A program made the position numbers and the translations under genes. From positions 956,968-1,020,967 of the forward strand of contig CAJINV010000003.1 in the NCBI GenBank assembly GCA_905178155.1: a DNA stretch of 64,000 bases. Reading direction: 5' to 3'. Below are positions 13,906 to 26,300 of the stretch, in pieces. The DNA comes from Amoebophrya sp. A120. Lineage: Eukaryota; Protista; Dinoflagellata. The notes below the pieces were generated by a model. The model did no database searches and was not told where the DNA came from. It saw only the letters and a program-made list of their open reading frames with translations. Numbering within the stretch: position 1 is the first letter of the stretch; every line of letters begins with the position of its first letter.

Positions 13906-14399
13906 ATCACCAGCGCCGGTGGCATTCGCGAATTTTCTTCGCGGTGACAAGATTTCACATCAGAAACGAAAAAAGTCTTTACTTCTAGACGTCGATGTAG
14001 CTGTACAGCTTTAGAATTTATTAGATTTGACAATGCCATTAACCTTTACAATTACACTTCGCATAGCAATAGCAATATGAATATCAATTGTAAATACGAA
14101 TACCTATGGCTATGACGAAAGACACTGACACACTATTGTTTAAAAACCTCGAATTTGAATTGGTTCGCATGAACAACGCGATCAAATCCAAATCCATCCA
14201 AATTATGAAGTCGCAATTTATTATCTTAGTATCCTAAATAAAAAGAGTAAGAAATTCCAAAATTTCATCGTAAAATTAACAAAACCTTACCTAGTTGTTT
14301 ACAACTTTGTTTGCAAGTGATTTATCGGTGTTAGAAAAGATTCTGCACAAGGACTCCGCTCGTTTGATTTTCCACTTCTACTATTGATTTCTTGATGAC

Positions 14400-15830
14400 G
14401 AGTTAGCAGCCATTTGTCGACTCATTTCTGATTCTGTGATTTTCTCGTGCTAGACGATCCATCATCATGTTGCAGAGGTATTGTATTTGGATAGTTGTTT
14501 CGTTTTGGAAAATTGATATGAGGACGCTCTTGATTTATTATGAATGTTCGACTTCGTAAAGGCTTATGCTTACCTCAATGGAAAAATCGAAACGAAGAAG
14601 AAAAATAACGAGTCACTTTTTGCCTCATAATTATATCTGAAAAAGTTCATTGAAAGGTAGGATGGTATCGTCATCCATCCGTCATCCATTCTTCTTTATG
14701 GCATCCTGATAGTCCATGTTTGCATTTTTTGATTGAGATATTGATGACACACTGCAAAATTTGATCTGATTCAGATCAATTTGTTGTTTGTTTGTTTCTT
14801 GAGGATGGGCATGTGTGTGTGGAATGGTTTGGAAATTAGAAGTTGGTCTTTCCTCTCATATGATTCATGTGATTTCAAGAAAAAAGATAATTTTTTTTCG
14901 ACACAAAAATCAAATATCATCATTTCGATTGATATTCCTTCGAGAGATCGAATATTATGGAAATTCTCATATCAATAATCGATAGGATCAGATGATTCGA
15001 AATATTTTTTTTCCTGTGTTAAATCCGAATTGAATTGGAATCTTCTGATTCTGAATGATGGATGAATTAAATCGCAAATAATATGCATCGGAAGAAATTT
15101 TGGATTTCCATATCAGGTTCAGGATTGAAATCATGAGGAAAATATAACCGATTTTTTTCTTCCAAGAAATAATTTCTTCAAAAAGATTTTTTTTCAAAAA
15201 TTTTCTTTTTTTTTTTCCATATTGAGATCTTAATCTCCATCCTATAATATTTCCATGATCGAATGATCCTCAGAAATTATCTCATTCAGAAATTATCATC
15301 GATCAATCTCATGAAATCATCTAATTAGATATTCATATATAGGATGAGAATGAGAGGATTAGATTCTGAGTCAATTTCTGAGATAATTAGATTCATATAT
15401 TGTCATCCAAATGATTTTTTTTCTATGAATATGAGGTGGCAACATATACACATATCATATGATTTGATCATGAATTTTCGAATCTCAAAAATTTTGATTT
15501 TTAGGATTACACCTAACTACCGGACATACAACAAAAAAATTTTTCTATCTTCGATTGTATTACAATCATTCCGAAAAATATATCATTGAATGAGAATGAC
15601 CCAGAATCTGAATCATTTATCGATTTGCATCCAAATCAGATTTCGATTGGAAAAAAAAATCCTGAATTATCGAGATGATTTGAAAAATCCTGAATGATGA
15701 ATCTCGACAATAATTAGATTCTCATTCTGAATTATTTCTATGAAAATGAATAATAACATGAATGTTGTGCTTACCTTAGGTAATATCATGAATGATTCGC
15801 AAGAACAACAATAATCATTATCAACAAACA
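14400..15830. other. AT-rich, GA/TC-biased non-coding block at the convergent strand switch
   Basis: Visibly much lower GC than the flanks, rich in gat/atc/gaa/ttc, no credible ORF; lies between the last + gene and the first - gene. Confidence 0.7.
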
Positions 15831-15964
15831 TGGATGTTGTACACGATCATCGTACAAATAAAAACTGCAGCTCCGCTGCGATTCCTGTGAATCAGAATCG
15901 ATGTGTGCGCGTCCTCGTGACCTGCTTCTTAATTTTTAGCATTTATTTTTACGAAACAAAGCCG

Positions 15965-17530
15965 TCAGCTAACTGGGCGAACAGTACCAGCCTCGTAGGC
16001 AGCGCGATTGTCCGAGGAGCTCACATTCGCTGTGTTGCTGCGTCCGCCGTTCTGCTCGTCCACCGCGCCGCTCTGCACATACGAATCGTAAATATTACTT
16101 AAGTCGGAAGCGCTGGTCCGGGCTCGCTCGTCGTTATTTTCGTTAAGACGTAGCGCAGGCGGCGCCGCGTTCGCCGACGACGACGTGTTTGCCGGCTCAC
16201 TTCTCGCGGCAGGCTCGGTCCCTAGTACTTGGTCCGGCCAGACACCGCCGGCGTCGGGCAACGTTAAAAACTTGTTCGAGGCGGAGGACTTGACAATCCG
16301 CGAGAAGTTATCCAGGTTGATGTCCACGATCAAGCCATCTTTCGTCACCGGGTTGGTCGGGTCGTCCATCAGAAACGTCAGACAGTCCTTGTACTTGCAA
16401 TCGCAAAACATCCGGCCGAACCTTAGGCCGAAGTCGCGCTCCGTCGATTTTAACCGCTGCACCGAGGGGGCCATGATGGTGTCAAAATTCCAGCACTCCA
16501 TGTCGGAGGCGATGGGGAGGCCGCTGGCGTCTTGTCCGTTTATGGAGATCCACACGCAGATGATGTGCTGGGGATCGCCGTTGGACGGGTGGAAGGGCGA
16601 GTCGCGGTCGATGGTGTGTCGGATGTTGATCGGCGTGTAGCTGTTCCAGGCGGGATAGCTATCCTGCATGGCCGTTTGCAGGGGGACGCACCGCCCGTAG
16701 CGCAGGCAACACAACTTGAAGGAGGTGTTCATGAGGGACACCGACCCGCGGACCACCTTCGCGCGGATAACCAGCTCGTCTCCGTCCACCACACAGTCCT
16801 GCGCCCAGACCACCTGCACCTGCGGGCGCATCGCGCGCGTCACGATCACCGCCGCGGACACCGTGAGAAACACCCAGTGGATGTAGGTCTGCAGCGACAG
16901 CACACACGCCTCCACGAAGCTGAGCCGGGCGTACCGCCAGGTTTCGCCGTGAGGGTGGTGCGCGTCCGCGACCCGGGAAAACCGATCGAAATCTCGGAGG
17001 TTGTCCGTGGATATCTGGTCCAAAAACACGTTTTGCATCGACAGCAGCAGCTGCGACCGGAAGCTGGGAATTTATTTCGCTGCTGTCTTCGTCCAGGCTC
17101 TCGGCTTCATCGGCGGAGGACGAGAGGCTATCGTCGAGCGCACAGACAACAAACAGGCAAAGTGCAGTGAGGAGGAGCAGAAAGAGTTCCACGCAGAAGT
17201 GCAGCAACAGGATCCGCTTGATCGACCAGTCCACCGTTAGCAGGTGCCAAATATCGTGCGCAACGACGGGCTCATGTGCCACTCGCGGGTCCGGGACGTC
17301 GCCCGCAACTTCTGGAGGTACCGGAAAAAGCTCACACCTTGCCTCGAGCGGTCGAAAAACATCTGGGACTGCGGCAGTACGTCGTCGTCGACGTTGTTCG
17401 GGACGCCGCCAGGGGGCGGCAGGTGCTCTTCCTCAAAATTCGTTGCCTGCTGTACAACCCGGCGCGCGAAAAACCCTTTATTTCTGATGGCTGTACCGCC
17501 ACCGCCTTGTTTATTTCCCGCCGACGGCAA
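15965..17530 (-). CDS. Inward-rectifier (Kir)-like channel, interrupted by two compensating frame changes (~17257, ~17067); possible pseudogene or assembly error
   Basis: Slide helix DIWHLLTVDW, TM1 RILLLHFCVELFLLLLTALCLFVV, TM2 ending VTRAMRP, cytoplasmic IRHTIDRDSPF and VDINLDNFSRI; the true start is unclear. Confidence 0.65.
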
Positions 17531-18892
17531 CCGCCGATCACAGACCCAATCCCGGAAGACATAACGAACATGCTCCGGATTGTCACCTATCCACGCGTCC
17601 GTCTTTCCTGATATAGTTTATTCAGCTGCGATTTTTTTCTGTCCGTCCTAGGTCCAGGTCGGAAAAAAAGACTTCTGAAATTAGAATTGCTAGGCTATCA
17701 TGGTTAGATCATCAGCGTTCCCGTTCGCTGGCCTCACCATGTACAACGACACGAAAGCTGGTCCTTTTCTGAGCTGTAAACTTTAGGTTTGTGAGTGTTC
17801 TCACTTCTACGGTTTGCCTTTGCTCTTCTGCAATACTTCTACAATCCCGCAGGTCTTCCCCCCCCCCACGATTTGAATTTCCATCCCGCCAGGCTCACCC
17901 CTTCCCGGCACGTCTTCTGAACAGGTTTTGACTCTTGTTCGAGCGAAAATTCGGCGTGTGCCCGACTCAGCGTAGAATGCATAGATTTGAGTTTGAGTTT
18001 GACGACATTGTGATTGAAAAATATTTCGAAGCAGGAAAAACGAAAACGAAGTGCCTAGCAGGATCATCGCGGTGGACAACGCCATGCCCATGGGCATGCT
18101 CATAGAACAGCAGCTCGCAGTATTCTATTGAACACACAGCACAAAGTGATAGTCAATGTTGGCGGATATCAAGTGTAGGTGTACACCCTGTTTTTACAAT
18201 GGTCAGGATGGTTGTAAGCGTTGCTCCAACTCCTGTGTTAGATGGTATTCGTCTTTCATTTCTATAATTGGGGTAGACTACTTACCTAGACAGCGGTTGC
18301 AGGTGCTAATCCTTATCCACACAATGAGAGTGGGTGTCTAACGCTTTTCTCATCACTAATTTCACCATTAGTATATTGCTGTTCGTCGTGTCTCGTCAGC
18401 TTAAGCTTGCTCGTCTATCTGTATCTAATACTGCTACTCGTGACTGTTCGTTCGACGTGCCCAATAAGCTTCCACACGCAACAAGCATCGGTGAACGGGG
18501 AGATGATGACACAGGAGCCTGCCACTACTTAGTGTATTCTACTAGATCGGAGATGCAGAATAGTAATTATTGTAACTACATTTCCCCTTCCCGCACAATG
18601 CAGCACTTTTTCCACCAGTTTAGCTCCTGTTTTTGGATGACGTTCTGCTAGACACGTTCGAGTGCCCGCCCCCGCTGGGGTTCGCCAAGTGTTTTCCCTT
18701 CATTTGGTACGCATATCCCATGTAAAATCACCATGACGGCACGCTCTTAGTCTTTGTGTAATCTCGTGTCAACATGCAAATCAGTAACGCCCAGAATTTT
18801 GATTTTCAATCTCGGATGTGCATCAACTACAACATGCATCCACTCGTTCAAACTGATGTTATTATACAAAGAAACACAAACGACTCCTCGTC

Positions 18893-20302
18893 TCAGACTA
18901 ATTTTCCATGGGGTAGTGTGCTCCGCGGTTCCACAAAGGTCGTTGACGCGTAGATGGGGGCCGTGGTGAACGAGGGGAAGGCTTCCGTCCGCGGCGTCAA
19001 CCGGGGCGTCAGGAGTTTGTCGCTCTGCGCGATGATGTCGGAGATGCGGGGCGCGGGACCGGCGGCGATCGACGGGGCGTAGCTTTGCACGGATTCCTTC
19101 GACGCCACACGACTCCCCGGGGGCGTCCTGCCTTTCTTGCTGGTCGAGGCCTCAACGCCGAACTCTTCGTCCGTCGTCTGGCCCTCGTAGCGCTGTTCCT
19201 GCATGTTGTTCCGGCCAAGTATATTCACCTGCCGCGAAGATCGGGTGTTGGTAGCCGCGGCCCCGCCGCCGCGCGGTGAAGCTCGTGGTCCTCTCGGGGA
19301 GCGGTTTATTGTGGGCCCGCCCGGTGGTCCCGCTGGAGGTGGAGGACCTCCTGGTCCGTGGACCACAGTGGTTTTTTTCATGTTGCCTCGTCGCGGGTTA
19401 TTACCTTTTTTGCCTACCTCCGCGACGCGTGGCGATGGCCCCTGTCCCTCCTCATTGTAAACGGGGCTTTCCTCAGTGTAGTAGAATTCCGCGTCGTGCG
19501 GCGCAACTTGCTGCTTGTTGTTCTTCCCACAACAGCAAGACAACATCGACGTACAGTTGGCGCAGCAAAAGAAGGTGCCCACACGCCCGCCGAACGTCGT
19601 GTCTTGGCGCACGACAGAGCCGTCCTTTCCGCGCGTCGTCATCATGGCACTCGCTTCTCGCGTCATGAAATAAATGCGGCAGCAAAAGAGGCAGACCCCC
19701 GCGGGGACAAACAATATCAGATAGAAGGCCAACGATCCGCTGCTCAGCCCGCTTCGGGCCTTCAAAAAGCGCTGGACGCTGAACAGTTTGAGTTTCATTT
19801 CATCTTCTTCTTCGCCTGATTCCTGCTGCGCCATCTCGTCGTCGAAATCAAATTCGGTGGTTGTACCCGCTACTTCCGCAGAGGCAGACGGTTGGCGTTG
19901 GTCTTCATCTAGTACTTCGGGGGCTTTCATTGTCAACACCACTGCTGACCTTTCCTGGGCTGATAGGTTCGACGAGTGTGTGGCCTGCTCTGGGAGGAGC
20001 GCTGCTTCGCTGGTCCATCGCAGGTCTTGTAACTTTTCCAACTTGTCTCCTCGTGGCAGAAGTGCCGGCGTCACCCCAGCTGCCTCCACAGCTGCCGCCT
20101 TGAATAGCACGGAGGTAGACAAAGCTGCACCAAATATCGTGAAAAAAAACACCACACACATGACAGTGGCAAAACCTTCCAAAAACAGATGCGTAAAACA
20201 CGAATTGTTGTGATGAAGCCAACCCCTGCCCCTTTTCGCCCTTGCTGGAGGACTCAAGTTTGTGATTGTGAAGGGGCTGCAAGACGAGGTTAGCAGCTTC
20301 AT
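18893..20302 (-). CDS. Hypothetical single-pass membrane protein with signal peptide and Pro/Gly/Arg-rich tail
   Basis: 469-aa ORF; hydrophobic N-region MCVVFFFTIFGAAL, TM LAFYLILFVPAGVCLFCC, Cys clusters; a GT donor (gtaagt) at 20308 suggests the real start is downstream. Confidence 0.6.
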   Translation of the reverse strand: MKLLTSSCSPFTITNLSPPARAKRGRGWLHHNNSCFTHLFLEGFATVMCVVFFFTIFGAALSTSVLFKAAAVEAAGVTPALLPRGDKLEKLQDLRWTSEAALLPEQATHSSNLSAQERSAVVLTMKAPEVLDEDQRQPSASAEVAGTTTEFDFDDEMAQQESGEEEDEMKLKLFSVQRFLKARSGLSSGSLAFYLILFVPAGVCLFCCRIYFMTREASAMMTTRGKDGSVVRQDTTFGGRVGTFFCCANCTSMLSCCCGKNNKQQVAPHDAEFYYTEESPVYNEEGQGPSPRVAEVGKKGNNPRRGNMKKTTVVHGPGGPPPPAGPPGGPTINRSPRGPRASPRGGGAAATNTRSSRQVNILGRNNMQEQRYEGQTTDEEFGVEASTSKKGRTPPGSRVASKESVQSYAPSIAAGPAPRISDIIAQSDKLLTPRLTPRTEAFPSFTTAPIYASTTFVEPRSTLPHGKLV

Positions 20303-21239
20303 ACTTACTTGGGGAAATTCTTTATCGATCCGTTTCCGTTATTGTACACTCAAAAACTTTAAAATCAGAAGGGGGCGCGCATACCACGCCGTGGAAGAGT
20401 TATACTCATGAATTCTTTTTTTTTTCATGTTCATGTCACAGAAATATTGCTGTGCATTTCTATGCATTCTTGTTGGTTTTTATTTGACAATTCACTTAGA
20501 AATCCTCAAAAACGACCGGGAGATGGTGACATGATGACAAGGAAACAGCTACCAGCCCTCCATCTTGCTCTTGCTAGTCTTACTGTACAAAACAGAAAAG
20601 TTCGCACGGAGTGCCTTCGAAGAGATAACGAATCAGAATTGCAATGGGGAAATCAAAATGGGAGGCACACGCATAACATAAGCTCGGCTCAGCAGAGATA
20701 ATGTACAGGAGAGATGAAAGTAATTTACTGCCTCTATGACACAAGCACTCGGAAAAACGATGGAGCTATTTTACAACACCCAAATTTCTATTTCGTTACG
20801 GGTACGGGGACGGGCCTGGTCTAAAACCATAATATACGTCCAAAAGGTCAAAAGGAAAAACTGAATGTCGAGGGACAATGTCTGTTCTGGAAATCATGAA
20901 GTTGAAGGACCTGATCGGATGAAACATGACGTCCAAATCTTCATTGTGTTCTTCAATCAGTATCAGAGTGAAGCTCTTTGTGACACCTAGCTGGAAGCTA
21001 TTCCACTTCGCCCATGAAAAGCACAAATGTGAACCGACCTCTACTCTGCAGCTCATCAGAATGTAGAAGTGTCAGTGTGATGGCCTTTGCAGATGAACAT
21101 GAGACGTCGTTCCATATATACCGACCACAAGAAGTGAACCGATGGCATCAAGGACATTTTTGTATTGGCCTCGCACTCGACCGCTTGAGTGCGGTTAATT
21201 TGTTCCGATGACGATTGCACCAGAGTAGAACACCGTTCT

Positions 21240-22736
21240 CTAGTACCGAGTAAATGGAGCCAACTCGCAGAAAGAAGAGCCTATTTCTGACAATATTTTC
21301 CGATGCTCACCGTCTGGATCGCGCCGCTCTTGAGTTCTCTGTGAAATAAATGCGCTATGTTCCTTTGTATAATTGTTGTTATCTTGTTTTTGGAAATAGA
21401 TCCGCAGCGCGTTTTTGTAGAAGACCTTGTCCCGCGCCTCAGGATCCGCTTCCAATCGGGCTAAGCTAAGACTCACGTGGTCGAAGCAAAACGCGTAGTT
21501 GGTTTCGATTTTGATGTTGTTCGAGCGCGTGGTGGGTCGCGGATGCTGGAGGTTGAACAAGTTTTCTGGTACTAGATCGCACAAGAAAAAGTTGCTGCCC
21601 ACCATGACGCGATCGTATCCGAACAAACGAATGATTGCGTCGATCCACTGCAGATGCGGGCTCTCTTCCGGCGTCCGCCACTCTTCCAGCCCGGAAATTT
21701 TCACTGCAACAAGATTCGCACAACGCTGCAGCGGACGCCAAACGGAACGAAACTCATCTGCGTCTTCTTTCTCATCTGGGTTTGACGCGTCGACTGCATG
21801 ATCTTGATCTTGTTTGTTCTTGTTGCCGCTTCCTACTGGTGTTCCTTCCATGTGACGATTTTCAAAGTACGTTCTTTCTTCCCTCTGATGCGTGTCGATG
21901 TCCGATGCGGACGAACAAGAAGAGGACGAAATCGCGTAGGAGTCCCCGATGTAGGCACAGTGTTGCAGCACAAACTTCGTGTCGGGCACCAGCCGACACA
22001 CCTCGACGGCTTTTCGCACGCCGGCCGCTCCGTAAACGCAAAATTCCCAAAGGACCCCGCGGCTCCCCAGTTCCCGCAGCCCGTGGAGAAAATCCGGCGA
22101 CAGCAGGTGCGGCGCACCGGGCACATGCAGTGGCAACCGGGCGGAGACGACGATGTTAGTATTTTTCGTAGTATTTAGCCTTTCAGTTTCCACCAATAGA
22201 TCTTTGAAAAACCTCTGCACCGCATGCGCCCCGCAATGACACGGAATGCTGGCACACACTCCAAGCAAACGCGGTGGCAAGAACGCGGGATTACTACTTG
22301 TAGGGCTCGTCGTCCTGTGCGCATCGAGAAGTTCTGCGAGCAGTTCCTCGCGCGGGTTGCTCGTTTCCGCTAAGGCACAAGCGGCTTCCCGCACCCCCTG
22401 GTCTGCATCGACCCCCGTTTCGATAAACAATCCGCCGAAAACCCGGTATATTAATTTGCTGCCAGGTGCTGAAGATGAAGATGTCGTGGTTGATAGTGCG
22501 GCCGCCTGCCATTCCGCGAGATCACGGCTGCCGCCTGTTCTTGCGCCTTTCGTGCCCTCTGTGGCCGCTGCTCGTGACGGCGGCATCCGCATCGGCATCG
22601 CTCCCTTCGGCGGATTCTTGTGCTGGTCAGGATGTTGAAAATGACGCATCCAGGAGTACGAAAGTCCATCCCAACGCAGGTGGACATGCGAGTCGAAGAC
22701 AAGCTGAGAGCGAGAGGAAGATGCCGTAGTTGCCAT
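21240..22736 (-). CDS. Amidohydrolase_2 family metal-dependent hydrolase (lactonase-like)
   Basis: DSHVHL (HxH), VLQHC, NLVAVKISGL, FGYDRVMVGSNF and DKVFYKNALRIY motifs; single exon. Confidence 0.85.
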   Translation of the reverse strand: MATTASSSRSQLVFDSHVHLRWDGLSYSWMRHFQHPDQHKNPPKGAMPMRMPPSRAAATEGTKGARTGGSRDLAEWQAAALSTTTSSSSAPGSKLIYRVFGGLFIETGVDADQGVREAACALAETSNPREELLAELLDAHRTTSPTSSNPAFLPPRLLGVCASIPCHCGAHAVQRFFKDLLVETERLNTTKNTNIVVSARLPLHVPGAPHLLSPDFLHGLRELGSRGVLWEFCVYGAAGVRKAVEVCRLVPDTKFVLQHCAYIGDSYAISSSSCSSASDIDTHQREERTYFENRHMEGTPVGSGNKNKQDQDHAVDASNPDEKEDADEFRSVWRPLQRCANLVAVKISGLEEWRTPEESPHLQWIDAIIRLFGYDRVMVGSNFFLCDLVPENLFNLQHPRPTTRSNNIKIETNYAFCFDHVSLSLARLEADPEARDKVFYKNALRIYFQKQDNNNYTKEHSAFISQRTQERRDPDGEHRKILSEIGSSFCELAPFTRY

Positions 22737-23380
22737 GATTGTCGTGAAGGTCCAATCAGTACTAGAGCTAGTGGTCGTGGTCCCTCATGATCATGTTGGA
22801 CGTTGATGTTGAGCTCACATGCGTCCTTCTGTGGGAAATCCGTTGAAAGGTTCCGCTCGACAGTTCGTGAGTCTCTCTTCTGACTCTCGACTTCTGGAGC
22901 ATTAGCTTTATCAGTTTCGTTCGAGTCACTTCGTATTCTCATTCAGCCGTTCGTTGCCGTTCTTGTAACAGGTGCAAGAAGCGCAATATCGTCCCGGTAG
23001 TGGTATCGACAAACGACGACTGGTACCATTATCTGCAGTGCCAGAAACCAAGGAGATGATGCTGAATACGGAGCTGCCTTTACAAGAATTTCCATTTCAT
23101 TTTTTATGCGTGAAGAAGGTTAACGTACGTCATTGAATCAGACAGAGCTTGACTTTGACTTTGTTCATCTTGCACTACTTTTTTACACAACAACTATGTT
23201 AGCAGTGGCGAAACCTGCACAGAAAAATGACTGTGCGCGACAGGGGCGGAAGCTGCGCACAGGCGGTTGCAGTTGCTGACTCTCGATTTGTTTCCATAAT
23301 TAACATCGCCCGACGAGGATGCTGCACCTCCACCTCCATCCGGGAGCTGCAGCCGCGAGAGTACGAGTAGAAAAAGCCGC

Positions 23381-26300
23381 TCATATTGCATGGTACGCAG
23401 TTCCTCCAACTTCAACCCGAGGTGCCCGCACACTCACAAACACGAGAGTGCATATGGCGCCAAACGCGGCGCCCAGAAAGGCCGGGAAAAAAACGCCGTG
23501 CTGGTCGACAAAGGTGGTCCTCGTACTAGTGTGCTCCGCCGAAGCCGCCAAATTGCTGACAGCAGCGGAGGTAATGTGCGTGGTCTCTTTACTATTTTCA
23601 GCTAAGGCATGCTCATGCAGAGGATCTGCACCGGGACCGGCACTAGCTCTCGCAGCTGCTCCACCGGGAGAAAATGATGATCTTCGTGCAGCGACATCCG
23701 ACCGAGATGAGTCTTTCTCTTCCCACATCTTCACAAACTCCTCGTAGGTCGCCGGGTTGAAGGCCGCGGGCAGGACGTACTTGGGATTTGGCACGTCGTT
23801 CGCCCCCGTCATTTCCAAGTAGGCGCTTGGGTAGCCGAGGAAGCTGCCGAGCCCCGTTGCCTCGGTGTTGATGAATCCGCATCCTGTGGAAAAACGTCCA
23901 GCCCAGCACCCACCCAGAGTTGCCATGCACAATCAATGCAGCGAAAAACCTGTCATGCTTGATTCCCACAACCTCTGGATTTGTCTTGCAAAGTTCCCAT
24001 CTTGTTGACAGACTATGTGGTCATGGTGCGGACATTTTTACTCAGGATAACCCGTCGTTGTACTTTACCATCAGCTCGTCCGCAAGGTTATGCATTGCAA
24101 AACCATTGCGCAACAACTAGTAGTCATTGCATTACATGACTACTTACTACTCTACAAATTTGATCGCTTAGCATTACAAATGAAATTTGTTATGCTGCTG
24201 TATTACCTTAGCCAGGAGATTTGTCGTGCATAGATGCAATCACCACGAGTGCGATTCTTTTGCGCAGAGCATAGAGGTCCCACCAGTCCGCTACGACCTT
24301 GTCGTGCAGCTCAGCCTGCGCCGCATCGATCGTGAGCGCTTCGTTCTTGCTGACTTGTGGATGCGTGCGTATAAACGTGTCGATCTTCTGTTCCCAAGAC
24401 CGCACGCGAGGCATAACCTCAAAGTTCATTCACATTCATTTTGCTTTGTAAACATTAAGTATGCCTCTGCTGGTGCGGCGCCAGAGGAGTACAGGTAAGA
24501 GATATTAATGCCTGATGAAATCAATGCTCAGTAGCCTCATCTATGCAAGAAGCCAGCATCGGCTCCTCGTCATTGTACTTCATTTCAATTCAAAAGGAAC
24601 GCACTAAACTATGCGCACAAATTTTCTTCTTTATACATCTTCGTTCTCCATGTGCTCGTAGTTCCATTCCATTAGATTCGCAACGAGATTGAAGGCCCAC
24701 CACGCACTCTTGCGGTCCACCTTCCACCTCGTCCCCCGTTGGAGTGAGGCACCGAGCGCCGCGGAAACCTTCACAGAAGTCGACGTGGGTGCTTGTTTTT
24801 CGTCCTCGTCGTTCAATGTTTTAATTTTCATCTCCGTTGTTCGGCGCAGGTCTTTCTCTTCCGGGACGAACAGGGGCAGGTACACACTGGAGGCGGGGGT
24901 ATCCGGCGCGAACCACCCGCGAGTGGTTTTTGTCAAATCATGTTTGATGTTCTTGCCGGCCTCCTTAAGTTCTGGCTCGGCTGCTGCAAACGAAGACCCA
25001 ATCCACGCGTAGGTGGTCCTGGGTATGGAGATCGCGCGCGCGAATTGCACGTGCATCGCGACCGCGGCGTGCCCCCGCTCCAACCGGTTCGGGCTCTGGA
25101 AGGGCCCCGCGACAACGCCCTTGCGCAGGTCCAGTGGCGTGCCTTCGTAGTGGTCGCGGTGGAGATCCTTCACGGCCTGCTCTGTCAGCTATGAGGGTGC
25201 ACAACGCCCTTTCCCCCTCATTTGTATGGCATGAACAGCAATACAGACACCAGCACACGTGGAGTGTATGCATGACAAATTTATGTACCTAATGAATGTA
25301 GTAGTGTTTGGGCTTCCGTAATTTGTCATGCAAAGCATGCCACAAGGCACCTACACTAGACTACTGGATTTTGGGTTTTGCATGACAAGTGAGGGAGAGG
25401 GAGAGTTGTGTACTCTCATATCAGCTTTCTCGACACCGGGACCGAGAACGGCAGGCGGGTGTTGTCGGTGGGGGGCAGGTTATCAAATGCAAATATGGCT
25501 GGGTCTGGAAGATTTGGGTGTTTGTCATGCAAATTGTACATGACCCACGATGCTTGTGATGCATTCTCTAGCATCACAGCCCTCGCGAAGGCTTTCTCAT
25601 GCCTATCCTGCATGAGAAATGCCCGATCCGGGTGGCACAAATCTGAGCACCTTTTGCTGGTCATGCAATAGAGTTTTTTGTATGATCGAGAGTTAGCATC
25701 ACAAATCCTATTCTTCCAGACCCAGACATACTTGCACTTGATACAGGTCGTGCAGCTGCAGCTCGCGCATCAACCCCGGGTTTACCAGGTTGTACAGCCG
25801 CCAGATGCGCCCGGTGATGTACAAAGGGATGGGCGGGAGTTCCGGAATGTAGTGGAACGACCGCACGTCCTCGCCGAACGTGCTGGTAAAGTCGAAGGGC
25901 GCCGGGGCGTTTTCGTCCTCCTGCAGCGGCGTCCACAGCCTGTTCTCCATCGCCACCTGTTTGATGTTCGCGCTGCACAAAATGTTGTCCTGCTTGGAGG
26001 AGCTGGTCTGTGCAGAACCCGAGGACGACGGGAAAACACACGTCTGGATGTCGCGGATGATGAAATTGTTCGCCACGGTAGCACATCAAAAAAAAAAACA
26101 TTTTTGTGTCTCGGAGGAGAACTCGGTCTGGAAGCAAGAACCGCCATCATGCAGCACGACATGAGTCCTATAGGAACCAGATCATTCAACATCATCAAAA
26201 CACTTTCTGGTCGTGTACTACTACTACTCAGCCGAAGATTACGTTCACGACGTCGACACTAAGTCTAACGCCGCAGACCAAGAATTTCGATTGTTCTTTG

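Noticed and set aside
20301-20314. atacttacttgg resembling the U1 snRNA 5' end
   Set aside because: Better explained as the reverse complement of a gtaagtat donor on the - strand gene; no U1 structure follows.
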